Assembly (NCBI GenBank): GCA_965226555.1
Contig: CBDDDG010000022.1
Location: forward strand, 32,001-96,000
Direction: 5' to 3'
DNA length: 64,000 nt
DNA from: Salinispira sp.
Lineage (GTDB): Bacteria; Spirochaetota; Spirochaetia; DSM-27196; Salinispiraceae
In this document: positions 39,696-49,438 of the stretch, in pieces
Layout: every line of letters begins with the position of its first letter
Numbering within the stretch: position 1 is the stretch's first letter
Notes under the pieces: model-generated
The model's database searches: none
The model's input: the letters and a program-made list of their open reading frames with translations, nothing else
What the model was told of the DNA's origin: nothing
Made by a program: the position numbers and the translations under genes

Positions 39696-40725
39696 ATACC
39701 TGTACATTTTTTTTCTCATCGGCTTTCTTCATCTCATTCATGGCAGCCCGGCAGCGGAAAGTCTTTCTGATGCTGAAGACCAGTTCCAAGACCAGTCCCA
39801 GAATGCGCCGGACATTTCCGCCGAACACGTTCCGATTCCGGAAAACGCATTCTTTCCCGGCTTCATCATTGCTGAAGACAGGCTTTATCCGGGCTCCCTG
39901 TTTGAAGCATTTATGTCTTACCATGAAGAGGAGCCCGTGCTGTACATAATGGACGGTGAAAAAATTCTGTACGCCATCCCGCCGGTGCCCGTTGACGATA
40001 CAGAGAATTTTGAACCCTTTCTGTACTTCCTTCAGGGACTCGATAGTACAGTCAGCCCCGGAAATTATCAGCTGCGCATGAAAACTCAGGAAAGTGATCG
40101 TATACTTCACGAGTATTATATTGAAATTTATCCACGGGATTTTCACAGTGAGGAAATCGTGCTGAATACAAAACTCACCGAAATTCGGACTGATGCAAGT
40201 TCCCGCCGTATTAATGAGGGAAGGGAACTGATTGAATTATTGGAAACCGTAAAAAACTCCAGCCGATTCATGCTCGGTTCTTCAGAGCGGAGGCATCCAT
40301 TACAGAATATAGTATATACATCATTCTTTGGCGACCGCCGTGTTTATGTCTATGACAACGGTAATACGGCAACAAGTGTTCATAATGGACTGGACTATCG
40401 CGGGGCTGTAGGGGAAACAATTTTTTCCCCATTTAACGGGAGGGTGCGTATGGCGAAGGATCGAATTGTTACGGGAAATACCGTAATCCTTGAACACCTG
40501 CCGGGGACATATAGTTTGTACTACCATCTTTCTTCAATGGATGTCGCGCCGGGTGATGATGTGATAATTGGCGATGTTCTCGGAACCATTGGGGCTACCG
40601 GTCTTGCGACGGGGCCGCACCTCCACTGGGAAATTCGGGTGCGGGGAGTGGCTGTTGACCCTGAAATATTTCTTGAGGGTGTTTTACTTGACAGAGGACG
40701 TCTCAGTGATATACTGAGCAGATAG
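39685..40725 (+). CDS. M23 metallopeptidase
   Basis: HNGLD, YYHL, GATGLATGPHLHW. Confidence 0.88.
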   Translation: MKHRYLYIFFLIGFLHLIHGSPAAESLSDAEDQFQDQSQNAPDISAEHVPIPENAFFPGFIIAEDRLYPGSLFEAFMSYHEEEPVLYIMDGEKILYAIPPVPVDDTENFEPFLYFLQGLDSTVSPGNYQLRMKTQESDRILHEYYIEIYPRDFHSEEIVLNTKLTEIRTDASSRRINEGRELIELLETVKNSSRFMLGSSERRHPLQNIVYTSFFGDRRVYVYDNGNTATSVHNGLDYRGAVGETIFSPFNGRVRMAKDRIVTGNTVILEHLPGTYSLYYHLSSMDVAPGDDVIIGDVLGTIGATGLATGPHLHWEIRVRGVAVDPEIFLEGVLLDRGRLSDILSR

Positions 40726-40748
40726 TTTAATGAAGGTGGTGATATACT

Positions 40749-40958
40749 ATCGCATATATAAAAGTTGATGATGCCGAGAATCTGGAAAAGTCGATCAAGC
40801 GCTTTAAGCGGATGGTGGAAAAAGAGGGGATAATTCGTGAATGGAAAAAGCGTGAATTTTATGAAAAACCTTCTACAATCAAGAATCGAAAACGAAAAGC
40901 GGCCGAGCGTAAGGTCCAAAAGAAAATACGTAAGGCGCAAAGTATGAAAAATTACTGA
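40749..40958 (+). CDS. rpsU: 30S ribosomal protein S21 (ATC start; absent from the ORF track)
   Basis: (I/M)[58 protein letters not shown]. Confidence 0.92.
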   Translation: MAYIKVDDAENLEKSIKRFKRMVEKEGIIREWKKREFYEKPSTIKNRKRKAAERKVQKKIRKAQSMKNY

Positions 40959-41674
40959 TGGTTCGCAGGATCGGGAAGGGGCTTTGCAGGCTCCCATTTT
41001 GGAGAAGGTTTTGCATTTTGCAAACCATATTTTTCCTTTTATCCTGTACGCCGCAGTCCTTTGTTATAGAATCCGCAAAGTTATATCCGCTCTATGTTTA
41101 TAATCCTGAAGAAGATTCGCTAACGCTCTTTGCGGCGCTTTCCGTTCGTCTTGAGGCGGGAGCTACCGATATCCGCCGAATTCGTCTGGAAGAAGAAGGC
41201 GGACTATTCTGGGAAATTGATCTGGTTCAAAATGGGTCTTACATATCCCGTACTCCCCAGTCTTCGGAAGAGGAATATGTATCTCCATTCTTTGAGGTTG
41301 GGGAAGATGAGCAGAAAACCGATTTCCTGTACCCATGGTTTCTGAGCCCGGGCGAAAATGCTCTTCCCAATGGCGTATATTCTCTCATTCTGTGGGACTA
41401 TTCCGGTGAAAATTCACAAATTTCTGCTCGCTATACAAATATCAGTGAAAATGATTTTCAGGATCTGAAGAAACATCTCATCTCCCTGAACCCATCCCAA
41501 AAGAACATTCAAAATTCCTATGAAGTTGTCTACCATAATGATCCTCGCAACAATGCAGTGCTGAAATTGGAGCAGGAAGAGTACATATCATCCAGCGGGG
41601 ATGCCAGTGAGGGAATTTTCCTGTGGGGAGTGCCTGCCGGCATCAATTGTCTGGTACTTGCGGGACCCTACTGA
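40958..41674 (+). CDS. Hypothetical lipoprotein
   Basis: FLLSC lipobox; TGATG overlap with rpsU. Confidence 0.6.
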   Translation: MVRRIGKGLCRLPFWRRFCILQTIFFLLSCTPQSFVIESAKLYPLYVYNPEEDSLTLFAALSVRLEAGATDIRRIRLEEEGGLFWEIDLVQNGSYISRTPQSSEEEYVSPFFEVGEDEQKTDFLYPWFLSPGENALPNGVYSLILWDYSGENSQISARYTNISENDFQDLKKHLISLNPSQKNIQNSYEVVYHNDPRNNAVLKLEQEEYISSSGDASEGIFLWGVPAGINCLVLAGPY

Positions 41675-41704
41675 CGCAGGTGATGGGGTGCTATTTGATG
41701 AGGG

Positions 41705-42634
41705 CTATTCGTGGGTGTGTTTTCCGCAAAAAATTTTCCGAAGATAATATCTCATCACTTGCAGGGGCTTCATACCCTTGCTTTGAACAATATCGCTGGC
41801 TGCCTGGTGAATTTCAATGTTTTCACCGTATTTTTCCTTAAGGGTGTGCCAATGCTTGGCAATCCAGACATATAAATCTCCCTCAGTTCTGTCGGGAAAA
41901 TGAATCAGTAAATTATAATTTTTAATTACTTCAATAATAGGCATGTATACGTTGTTGAACCAGGAAATTACCGCAATATCAAGCGATAATTCATAGTCGT
42001 AATCCTCATTGAGGTAATACTTATGTTCAAGAATATGAAAAAGCACTTCATTATAGCGCCCGGTGCTTGTGAAATTCAAAGAATAATCGCTAATAAGAGA
42101 GGAAAATTTTGTTTTTTGTTCAAATCGTTCTTTTTCATACCCGATTACTGCTTCCATGAGCTCAATCTTATCCATTTTGGGAGTTATTGTTATAATTGAA
42201 TCGAGCTGTATAACCTCCGCATCAATCATGTCCATCCCTTGGCTTCGAGCCACACTTACCCGATGATTTCCATCCCTGACAAAATACACTCCGCCTATTT
42301 CATATAATTGTATGGGCGGGAGAATTATATTGCTCAAATAGAGTTTGTCAATGTTTAACCACCGGGGTCTGAGATGATTATGTTTGGGAAGAAAAATTCT
42401 GTTAAAATCCCTGTAACGTCCTTCGCTTCCAATAATTTTGTTGATGTCGACAGCCTGTATCCCGCGGTAGGCTTCAGTCCGTGGACTGAGGATACGCTTT
42501 ACCTCATCGAGTGACAGGAGATCGTACTTATGGGGTTTGAGAATACCAATTATGCTCTGAATAAAGGCCTTATGGCGGGCGCGATTAAAATCTTCCTGAG
42601 AAACGACGTTGGCATAGGTATTATCAACATTCAT
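41705..42634 (-). CDS. ParB/Srx-like + DUF4032 protein
   Basis: IIGSEGRY.DF, PPIQLY..G..YFVRDGNHRVSVA, RTEGDLYVW; GGAG RBS before ATG 42634. Confidence 0.75.
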   Translation of the reverse strand: MNVDNTYANVVSQEDFNRARHKAFIQSIIGILKPHKYDLLSLDEVKRILSPRTEAYRGIQAVDINKIIGSEGRYRDFNRIFLPKHNHLRPRWLNIDKLYLSNIILPPIQLYEIGGVYFVRDGNHRVSVARSQGMDMIDAEVIQLDSIITITPKMDKIELMEAVIGYEKERFEQKTKFSSLISDYSLNFTSTGRYNEVLFHILEHKYYLNEDYDYELSLDIAVISWFNNVYMPIIEVIKNYNLLIHFPDRTEGDLYVWIAKHWHTLKEKYGENIEIHQAASDIVQSKGMKPLQVMRYYLRKIFCGKHTHE

Positions 42635-43310
42635 ATGGAAACTCCAATACAAAATGATTATACACATTGATAATTTGCGTTTCATGAAAATGCACCACAC
42701 GATCTGAATTATGATCATAGAGATGCACATGTCCGTGAATAAGATACCGCGGTTTGAATAAGCGCATAAAGATTCGAAAGGTCTTGAATCCCCGATGAGT
42801 ATGTGTATTCTGATCGTTTAATTTATACGGCGGACTGTGGGTGAGAAGAATGTCCAGATATCTGCCGTGAAAAATACGGTTAAAAATAAGGCGCGGTATA
42901 AGAGTCAGCATTTTAAAAAACATTTGACATTCGGTATATTGATTTGTTCCCTTATTATAGCGGATACAGCCCCCAAGACCGGCAATAAGTAGCCCATGCC
43001 GCGCCTTTATTACCTTATCGCCGATATAGGTTGATCCGAAATAGTTTCGTACTTTGTTTTCCGTATTTCCATGGTCATTGAAATCGTAGATAGAGGATTG
43101 TTCCGGTTTTCGAAACATTTCAAAGCATGTGAGGTCATGGTTTCCAAAAACAAAGAAAATGTCTCTGTTCAATATGCTGGCAATAAAGCCAAGATAATTC
43201 ATGGGGATATCGCCGGCGCCCAATACAAGGTCTACATCGGCAAAGCGTTCTTTCGCGTGTATTGAATAAACAAGCGGATCAATGTGATCGGCAACACAGA
43301 GTATTTTCAC
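42624..43310 (-). CDS. Metallophosphoesterase (Icc-like)
   Basis: AD, GD, GNHD, THSPP, HGHVH. Confidence 0.85.
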   Translation of the reverse strand: MKILCVADHIDPLVYSIHAKERFADVDLVLGAGDIPMNYLGFIASILNRDIFFVFGNHDLTCFEMFRKPEQSSIYDFNDHGNTENKVRNYFGSTYIGDKVIKARHGLLIAGLGGCIRYNKGTNQYTECQMFFKMLTLIPRLIFNRIFHGRYLDILLTHSPPYKLNDQNTHTHRGFKTFRIFMRLFKPRYLIHGHVHLYDHNSDRVVHFHETQIINVYNHFVLEFPYEC

Positions 43311-43328
43311 TTGTTATGAAACGCTCTT

Positions 43329-44207
43329 TTGACGAAAATTAAGAATAATGTTACGATAAAAACTATTAGCCAAAGGGGAATTATCAAATACATGCGGTCT
43401 ATTTTAGTTGTTCATAAAAAAGGTATACATACAATACAGCAATGTATGCCTCCTTGTCAAATGCTTATTGCTGCTATATTATGCTTTTTTCTCCCCTACA
43501 TGATCTATTGCGATTCATTGTATGATGATGGGCTTGAGCAATTTTTGTATAACAATCCCCGGGAGGCAGCCGCTCTTTTTCAACTTTCTCTGCAGGAAGG
43601 GAATACAGAAGAGGATGTATTCATTTATCTCGCATATACCTATGAGCAATTAGGCTTTTATGATCAGTCAATATCAACTCTGCAGGATGGTCTGAATTAT
43701 GCGGAAAAAAAACGAGATGTTTTCTATTTTAATCTTGGCAATCTTCATGTGTATAAGAAGGAATTTCACGAGGCCATTGAATATTTTAATCTTGCCATTA
43801 AAACTCAGTCCCTGTATGCTGAGGCCTATCTGAATAGGGCGAATGCCCAACTGCAGCAACAGAATTTTCCTGCTTCACTTAGCGATTACCGGACATTTAT
43901 CAACATCGTTCCCGATCACCGGCTTGTGCCAGTTGTCAGGCGTATGATTGAAGCTATGAGCGCTGAAATGCTTGCAGCGGAAACTCGGAAAATGGAAGAA
44001 GAACGCCTTGCGGCGCTTGAAGCGGAACGCCGCCGATTAGAAGCACTTGAAGCTGAACAACGGGCGCAGGAAGAAGAGTTACGGCGCCATGAGCTGCTCA
44101 ATAGCATTTTGGGCAGCCTTAACACAGCAGGGGAAGAAGGAAACACCCTTGGGGCGGGTACTGAAGAAATATCGAATACAGAAGACGATTTTATGAGGGC
44201 AGAATAG
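43329..44207 (+). CDS. TPR protein with coiled-coil tail; true start probably downstream
   Basis: TPR motifs such as FNLGN and AYLNRANA. Confidence 0.75.
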   Translation: MTKIKNNVTIKTISQRGIIKYMRSILVVHKKGIHTIQQCMPPCQMLIAAILCFFLPYMIYCDSLYDDGLEQFLYNNPREAAALFQLSLQEGNTEEDVFIYLAYTYEQLGFYDQSISTLQDGLNYAEKKRDVFYFNLGNLHVYKKEFHEAIEYFNLAIKTQSLYAEAYLNRANAQLQQQNFPASLSDYRTFINIVPDHRLVPVVRRMIEAMSAEMLAAETRKMEEERLAALEAERRRLEALEAEQRAQEEELRRHELLNSILGSLNTAGEEGNTLGAGTEEISNTEDDFMRAE

Positions 44208-44211
44208 TAAT

Positions 44212-46011
44212 ATGAACAAAAAAATTATTCCCGGAGCCCTGCTGATTACAGCAGGAATTATAATTGGTATCGTTTTTTTTGCGATGAGCGCCAATAATGC
44301 TCCTTCGCGGGTAGAGAACATTCTTACTCTGGCAAAAGATTATATTGAGCAGGCGGAATATGACAGAGCACTGGACCTTCTGGAAGATATTCTGATTGAT
44401 GATCCGGAAAACGAAAACGCAATATATCTCAGAAATGTGGCGATTGAACAGAAAACGGGTGGGGAAGTACATAGCGAAAATGTGATTGCCGATGATAGCG
44501 CCGATGTTGATGGCGCCGATGATATTGCCGATGTTGATGGCGCCGATGATAGCGCCGAACAAAGAGAATTCTCCGATCCGGCAGATGTTGACGAAGGCCG
44601 CCGCGTAGCCGATCGGGAAGTTCAGCGGCAGATATATACTCTTCTTGAGGAAGCCCGGCAGTTACAGGAGGTACGGAATTTCATTTCTGCTAGGGATAAA
44701 ATTCAACAGGCCATCGGTCTGAATGAGGATTTTGCCCTGCCGTATTCACGTCTCGCAGAAACTTATCTGGAAGAAGACATTGAAAATTCGGAAAATCGGA
44801 GAAGGGCTGCCGAACTTGCCGAAATTGCAATTAATAAAGATTCTGAGCTCTGGGAACCATACAATGTACTTGGCAGCATTTTTCATGCCTCAAAATTATA
44901 TGAACGGGCAATTCAGTCCTTCAGCATTGCAGCCGATCTCGAAGGAGCCAGCGATGAGGTGCTCTATGCTCTTGGAAATGCGCAGTTTGATGCACGGCAG
45001 TTCAGCGCAGCCCGAAAGAGTTATGAGAGCTATATAAGCCGAAATTCAGATAATGTAAACGCATTTTTTAATCTTGGTTTGACATTTGAACGACTCAATC
45101 TCCATTCACCTGCCATCGAAAATTATCAAAGGGCACTCAGAGTCCAAAGTAATTATGCGCCGGCATATAATCGTATTGGCGAGCTTTCATTGCTTCAGGG
45201 AGACAGCGATGCGGCTCTCAGTAATCTCCGTCAGGCGCTGATCCACGATAATAATGCGCGTAATAACCGAGCTATTGCTCGGGTTTTTTATGAGCGGGGA
45301 GAATACGAACAGGCCCTGGATTTTTTTCTGACCGTACTCGCCTTTGAGCCCAATCGTGCGCAAAATCAGTATAACATTGCAACAGTACTGTTGGATCTCA
45401 ATAGATCCGATGAAGCTCTGCGCTTTGCTGAAGAGGCAGTACGCTTAGACTCTTCGGTTCCTGAGTATAACTATACACTTGGTCTTGCGCTGAAAGCAGT
45501 TGATAATCTGGAACAGTCCCAGTCCTTTTTTCTTGTTGCTATTGCCCAGCAAAACAGTTATATCAAACCACGAATTGAAGTAGCCGAAATTTTTATTATT
45601 AAAGAAAATTATGACGCTGCTCTTCAGGAACTTCTGATCGCATTTCGTCTGGATTCTTCACGATCCGATGTAAATAATAATCTTGCAACAATTTATCGAC
45701 TCAAAGGGGACTATGACAAGAGTCTGGAACACTCATCATTAGCCATCGGGGCAGAACCTGACTCTGCTCCGATCCGCTACAACTTTGCACTCACACTCAT
45801 AAAACTGCAGCGCTTCGCAGAGGCTGAGTCCAATTTGCGGCAAACAATTGGTATTGATGATATGTATTTTGATGCGTATATACGCCTTGGAGAGGTACTC
45901 ATTGCTCAGGGAAAAAATGACAAGGGGGTGAGGATCCTGAACGATCTCATTCAGCGGGCAATTGATTCCGAACAAGCTAGGGAAGCTATGAATATTATTA
46001 ATTCACTGTAG
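44212..46011 (+). CDS. Membrane-anchored multi-TPR protein
   Basis: N-terminal TM, acidic linker, many TPR units. Confidence 0.82.
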   Translation: MNKKIIPGALLITAGIIIGIVFFAMSANNAPSRVENILTLAKDYIEQAEYDRALDLLEDILIDDPENENAIYLRNVAIEQKTGGEVHSENVIADDSADVDGADDIADVDGADDSAEQREFSDPADVDEGRRVADREVQRQIYTLLEEARQLQEVRNFISARDKIQQAIGLNEDFALPYSRLAETYLEEDIENSENRRRAAELAEIAINKDSELWEPYNVLGSIFHASKLYERAIQSFSIAADLEGASDEVLYALGNAQFDARQFSAARKSYESYISRNSDNVNAFFNLGLTFERLNLHSPAIENYQRALRVQSNYAPAYNRIGELSLLQGDSDAALSNLRQALIHDNNARNNRAIARVFYERGEYEQALDFFLTVLAFEPNRAQNQYNIATVLLDLNRSDEALRFAEEAVRLDSSVPEYNYTLGLALKAVDNLEQSQSFFLVAIAQQNSYIKPRIEVAEIFIIKENYDAALQELLIAFRLDSSRSDVNNNLATIYRLKGDYDKSLEHSSLAIGAEPDSAPIRYNFALTLIKLQRFAEAESNLRQTIGIDDMYFDAYIRLGEVLIAQGKNDKGVRILNDLIQRAIDSEQAREAMNIINSL

Positions 46012-46033
46012 GCGCATTCTCTGAAGCGTCGAG

Positions 46034-47788
46034 CTATATTATTCGTCCAATGAGCTGAAATAGTTCCTTCTTGCTCAGGATAAACCAGATCGGTCTTCCA
46101 TGCGGACAGCGTTTTGTCGGAAGTTTCCAGCTCTCCTCAATTATCTGACAGGCTGTAGTAGAATCAATGAGATCACCGTCCTTAATGGCTGTGCGGCAGG
46201 CCATACTGGCATACAGTTCATTCTCCAGATCCTGAGCAGTTTTTCCGATGTCTGAAATCATTTCTTCTACCTTGTGTTCTTTTCCTCGAAAAACGCTTGG
46301 AATTTCGGAAAGGCTCAGTTCATTAGATGCCTGAAGTGTACTTTTGAATCCGATAGTGTTTAAAGCATCATTTATGCGTTTGAGGCCTTCTTTTCGTTCA
46401 TCGCTGCGGATAGTTATGGGGATGAGGAGTTTCTCGCTGGTTTTATTTTTCCGATACCGTTCATAGAGAATGCGCTCATGCGCGGCATGCATATCAATAA
46501 TGTATAGTAGATTTTCAGATTCAACGAGGAGAAACACTGAAAATATCTGCCCAAGATAACGGTAGGACGGTGGGGCTTCATAGGAAATTCTTTCTTCTTC
46601 AATAGATTCAACAGATGAGGGCAGCACCCGATCATTTTGCGTATTCTGTTTATTCTGTGCATTCCGCATAGGTGGGTATGCAATAGGCGGAGTATGCGAT
46701 ACGGTATTTTCCAGAGTTGGGAATATACTCTTCTGGTCAGTGTCTGGCGAATGGTCAGTGTCTGGCGAATGGTCAGTGTCTGGCGAATGGCGCGCATAAA
46801 ATTCAATAAAGCTCTGAACAGTTTCCCGAATGCGCCGGTGAAGTTCATCGGGGTGTTTGAATCGGACCTCTTTTTTTGCGGGATGAATGTTAAAGTCAAT
46901 TTCGGCAGGATTGATATTAATAAAAGCAAAGGCAACAGGATGTTTTCCGCCGGGAAGAACGGATGAAAAAGCATATTCAATTGCGTGCTGAAGAGAAAAT
47001 TCATTGATTCTCCTTCCGTTGCAGTATATGTGGAGAAATTTTCGATTAAGCCGATAGAGTGACGGAAGTCCAAGTACTATGGTATAGGAGAAATTATTAC
47101 CGCTTCCGGTAATTGTGTGGAGTAATTCTCTGGGGCATTGTTTTTGATATGCCTGCGCAATACGATCAAGATAGTCTGTTTTCGTCAGGGCGGGAAGAAG
47201 AGATATGGTTTTCTGATCGCTGTGCAGTTTGAAATGTATATGGGGGTGTGTGAGCGCCTTTTCAAGGAACATGCTCTTGCAGAGAGCTGTTTCTGCTTGC
47301 TGCGACTTGAGAAATTGTTTACGGGCAGGAAGGTTAAAGAAAAGATCGTGAACCTTAACTCGTGTTCCACGATTTGAAGAAGCCTTTGTAAAACGAGGTT
47401 TTTGATTTCCATCGAGGTTCAGCCTGAGCCCCTCCGCAGATCCATCGGCCGCACTGAGGATTTCCAGATGTGAAACCGCCGCAATACTGGATAATGCCTC
47501 ACCCCGAAAACCAAGGCTTCCGATATGAAGAAGATCATTCTCAGTAACAATCTTACTCGTTGCGTGGCTCCGCCAACAAAGGCGAAGATCATCGGGGCTC
47601 ATCCCGCTGCCGTTATCGACAAGCTGAATAAGAGCGATTCCGCCGCGCTCTATACGGCAATCAATTTCCGTTGCGCCGGCATCAATGGAATTATCAAGAA
47701 GTTCGCGTAAAACAGAAGCGGGCCGGTCAATTACTTCACCGGCCGCAATTTTTCTGCTTACCGTTTCGGCAAGGATATGTATATTCAA
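46034..47788 (-). CDS. mutL: Mismatch repair endonuclease MutL
   Basis: IAAGEVI, GFRGEAL, DMHAAHER, ACR, CPHGRP. Confidence 0.95.
   Translation of the reverse strand: MNIHILAETVSRKIAAGEVIDRPASVLRELLDNSIDAGATEIDCRIERGGIALIQLVDNGSGMSPDDLRLCWRSHATSKIVTENDLLHIGSLGFRGEALSSIAAVSHLEILSAADGSAEGLRLNLDGNQKPRFTKASSNRGTRVKVHDLFFNLPARKQFLKSQQAETALCKSMFLEKALTHPHIHFKLHSDQKTISLLPALTKTDYLDRIAQAYQKQCPRELLHTITGSGNNFSYTIVLGLPSLYRLNRKFLHIYCNGRRINEFSLQHAIEYAFSSVLPGGKHPVAFAFININPAEIDFNIHPAKKEVRFKHPDELHRRIRETVQSFIEFYARHSPDTDHSPDTDHSPDTDQKSIFPTLENTVSHTPPIAYPPMRNAQNKQNTQNDRVLPSSVESIEEERISYEAPPSYRYLGQIFSVFLLVESENLLYIIDMHAAHERILYERYRKNKTSEKLLIPITIRSDERKEGLKRINDALNTIGFKSTLQASNELSLSEIPSVFRGKEHKVEEMISDIGKTAQDLENELYASMACRTAIKDGDLIDSTTACQIIEESWKLPTKRCPHGRPIWFILSKKELFQLIGRII
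46734..46790. repeat. Perfect 18-bp x3 tandem repeat in the mutL linker (HSPDTD)
   Basis: TGGTCAGTGTCTGGCGAA x3. Confidence 0.95.
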
Positions 47789-47824
47789 CGTACGTATACC
47801 ATGCGGGAGCTTCCACTCAGGGCA

Positions 47825-49231
47825 TTAAAATAACGAGAAACTTGTCTCCAATCGAGTTGAAACTGTCCAGTAGCGCGGGTTGCCATCAGCATCTATTTTG
47901 TCTCCTGGTGTTGAATCATATCGAAGATCATAAATAAACCCAACAGCTACTCCACCAGTGGCATATCCTATTTTGGCAGTTATAATAGCATTCTCAGGAG
48001 AAATTAGATCAGCGATGTCTCTGATATACTGTTTCCGGTAGCTTGCTCCAATAGTGATGCCTCCGAGTAGCTCAGGATCAATGCTGAAATTTGCGGTTAG
48101 GGTTGGATTAAGGTGGTCTATATCCGAATTGTCTGTGAATGAACCTTCCAATGTGGCATCGAGCACTATCTGACTATCCAGAATATCCACACCAAGTTTC
48201 GCAAGCCACCCGATGCTATCTGGAATACTCACTGTTGCATTACCGTCCTTGTATATTTCCCATCGTTGTGCGCGATAAAGGTCGTATGATGAATTGAAGT
48301 ATTCGGGAATAAAATTATTGCCGAGAAATCGTACCTGCGCACCATAGGTCATGATATCAAAAAGCTCTCCACCCAAGCCGACCATTCCTCCAAGGTTTGA
48401 ATTCTGCACAACAAGGTCTCCAAAAATAGCAAGGCGCAGAAGGTTTTCGGAGAAAAGAGGAAACCGGATATCGCCTCCGAAAATAAACACCGCTTCCTCG
48501 CTGTCGAAGTAATTGCTATAGGCTGATTTCTCAGCTTCTCTTTCATAGTAGAAAGGATCTGTATCAATTACCCCTGTAAAGCCAAGCTGAATATCTTTGA
48601 TGGCGGGAACATCAAGCCAATACAGTGGTCGAATAAAAAAGCGTCCGCCAATGACATCGAAGGCTGCAAGATTACCGATAATGGTTTCAAGACCAATGTA
48701 GGGAAAGTCAAACAGTTTTCCATCAAGGTCAAAAGATAATCCTGTTATCCGTCGGTTAGGGAGAAAGCTGGTATTACTATAATCGGATACGATAAATCCA
48801 TTACCGAGCTTAAAATTACTGATACTGCCCGCTGCCAGATAAAATGGATCGCCCTTGTAGCCAAGGTGTATATATCGGATAATGGGAAGATAAATATCCA
48901 GAAAACTTCGTCCATTGTCTGGATCGGGCAGCCAATCTTCCTCGCGTATGCGGAATCCTGTTGTTCCATCGGCGTTTTCGATTGAGAAGTTTATTTCGAT
49001 ATCCAGACCTATTCCGAAGGTGCCAACAGAAAAGTCGGGACGTATTTTGAGATTATTCCAAGTTTCCTCTTCTCCGGTAATGGAATTGTCCAGTGACAGT
49101 ATGGAAAATCCCAAACCCAGACCAAAATCCACTCCGTCTCCGGGACTATCGCCAGCAGGTGAATTTTCCTGAGAAATAAGTACAGTTGTTGTGAATAGCA
49201 ACAAAATGATCACTACATGTTTCAAACGCAT
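47825..49231 (-). CDS. Putative outer-membrane beta-barrel protein
   Basis: Signal peptide, amphipathic strands, C-terminal ETSFSLF; AGGAG RBS before ATG 49231. Confidence 0.7.
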   Translation of the reverse strand: MRLKHVVIILLLFTTTVLISQENSPAGDSPGDGVDFGLGLGFSILSLDNSITGEEETWNNLKIRPDFSVGTFGIGLDIEINFSIENADGTTGFRIREEDWLPDPDNGRSFLDIYLPIIRYIHLGYKGDPFYLAAGSISNFKLGNGFIVSDYSNTSFLPNRRITGLSFDLDGKLFDFPYIGLETIIGNLAAFDVIGGRFFIRPLYWLDVPAIKDIQLGFTGVIDTDPFYYEREAEKSAYSNYFDSEEAVFIFGGDIRFPLFSENLLRLAIFGDLVVQNSNLGGMVGLGGELFDIMTYGAQVRFLGNNFIPEYFNSSYDLYRAQRWEIYKDGNATVSIPDSIGWLAKLGVDILDSQIVLDATLEGSFTDNSDIDHLNPTLTANFSIDPELLGGITIGASYRKQYIRDIADLISPENAIITAKIGYATGGVAVGFIYDLRYDSTPGDKIDADGNPRYWTVSTRLETSFSLF

Positions 49232-49255
49232 ATGAGCTCCTGAAAATAATTTTAA

Positions 49256-49345
49256 AGAAATTCTTGCATTGGAAAATTGCGCTTGCGCAATTTCCAGTAG
49301 CCAAAATTTCAAATCTGGAATGCTTTTTCTATGTTGAGCATTCTC
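49256..49345. repeat. Family A copy + TCTGGAATGC..GCATTC hairpin module
   Basis: 49256-49310 copy; 49314-49345 module as at 34093. Confidence 0.85.
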
Positions 49346-49438
49346 GCATTTTGTAAAACTTTATAAAAGTCAGATACTAAAAGAATACCACATAATAATC
49401 CATAATTCCACTAAAATGTCATGCAAATAGCAAATTTT

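Noticed and set aside
40521..40997. 158-aa minus-strand ORF
   Set aside because: Antisense shadow of rpsU and the end of the M23 gene
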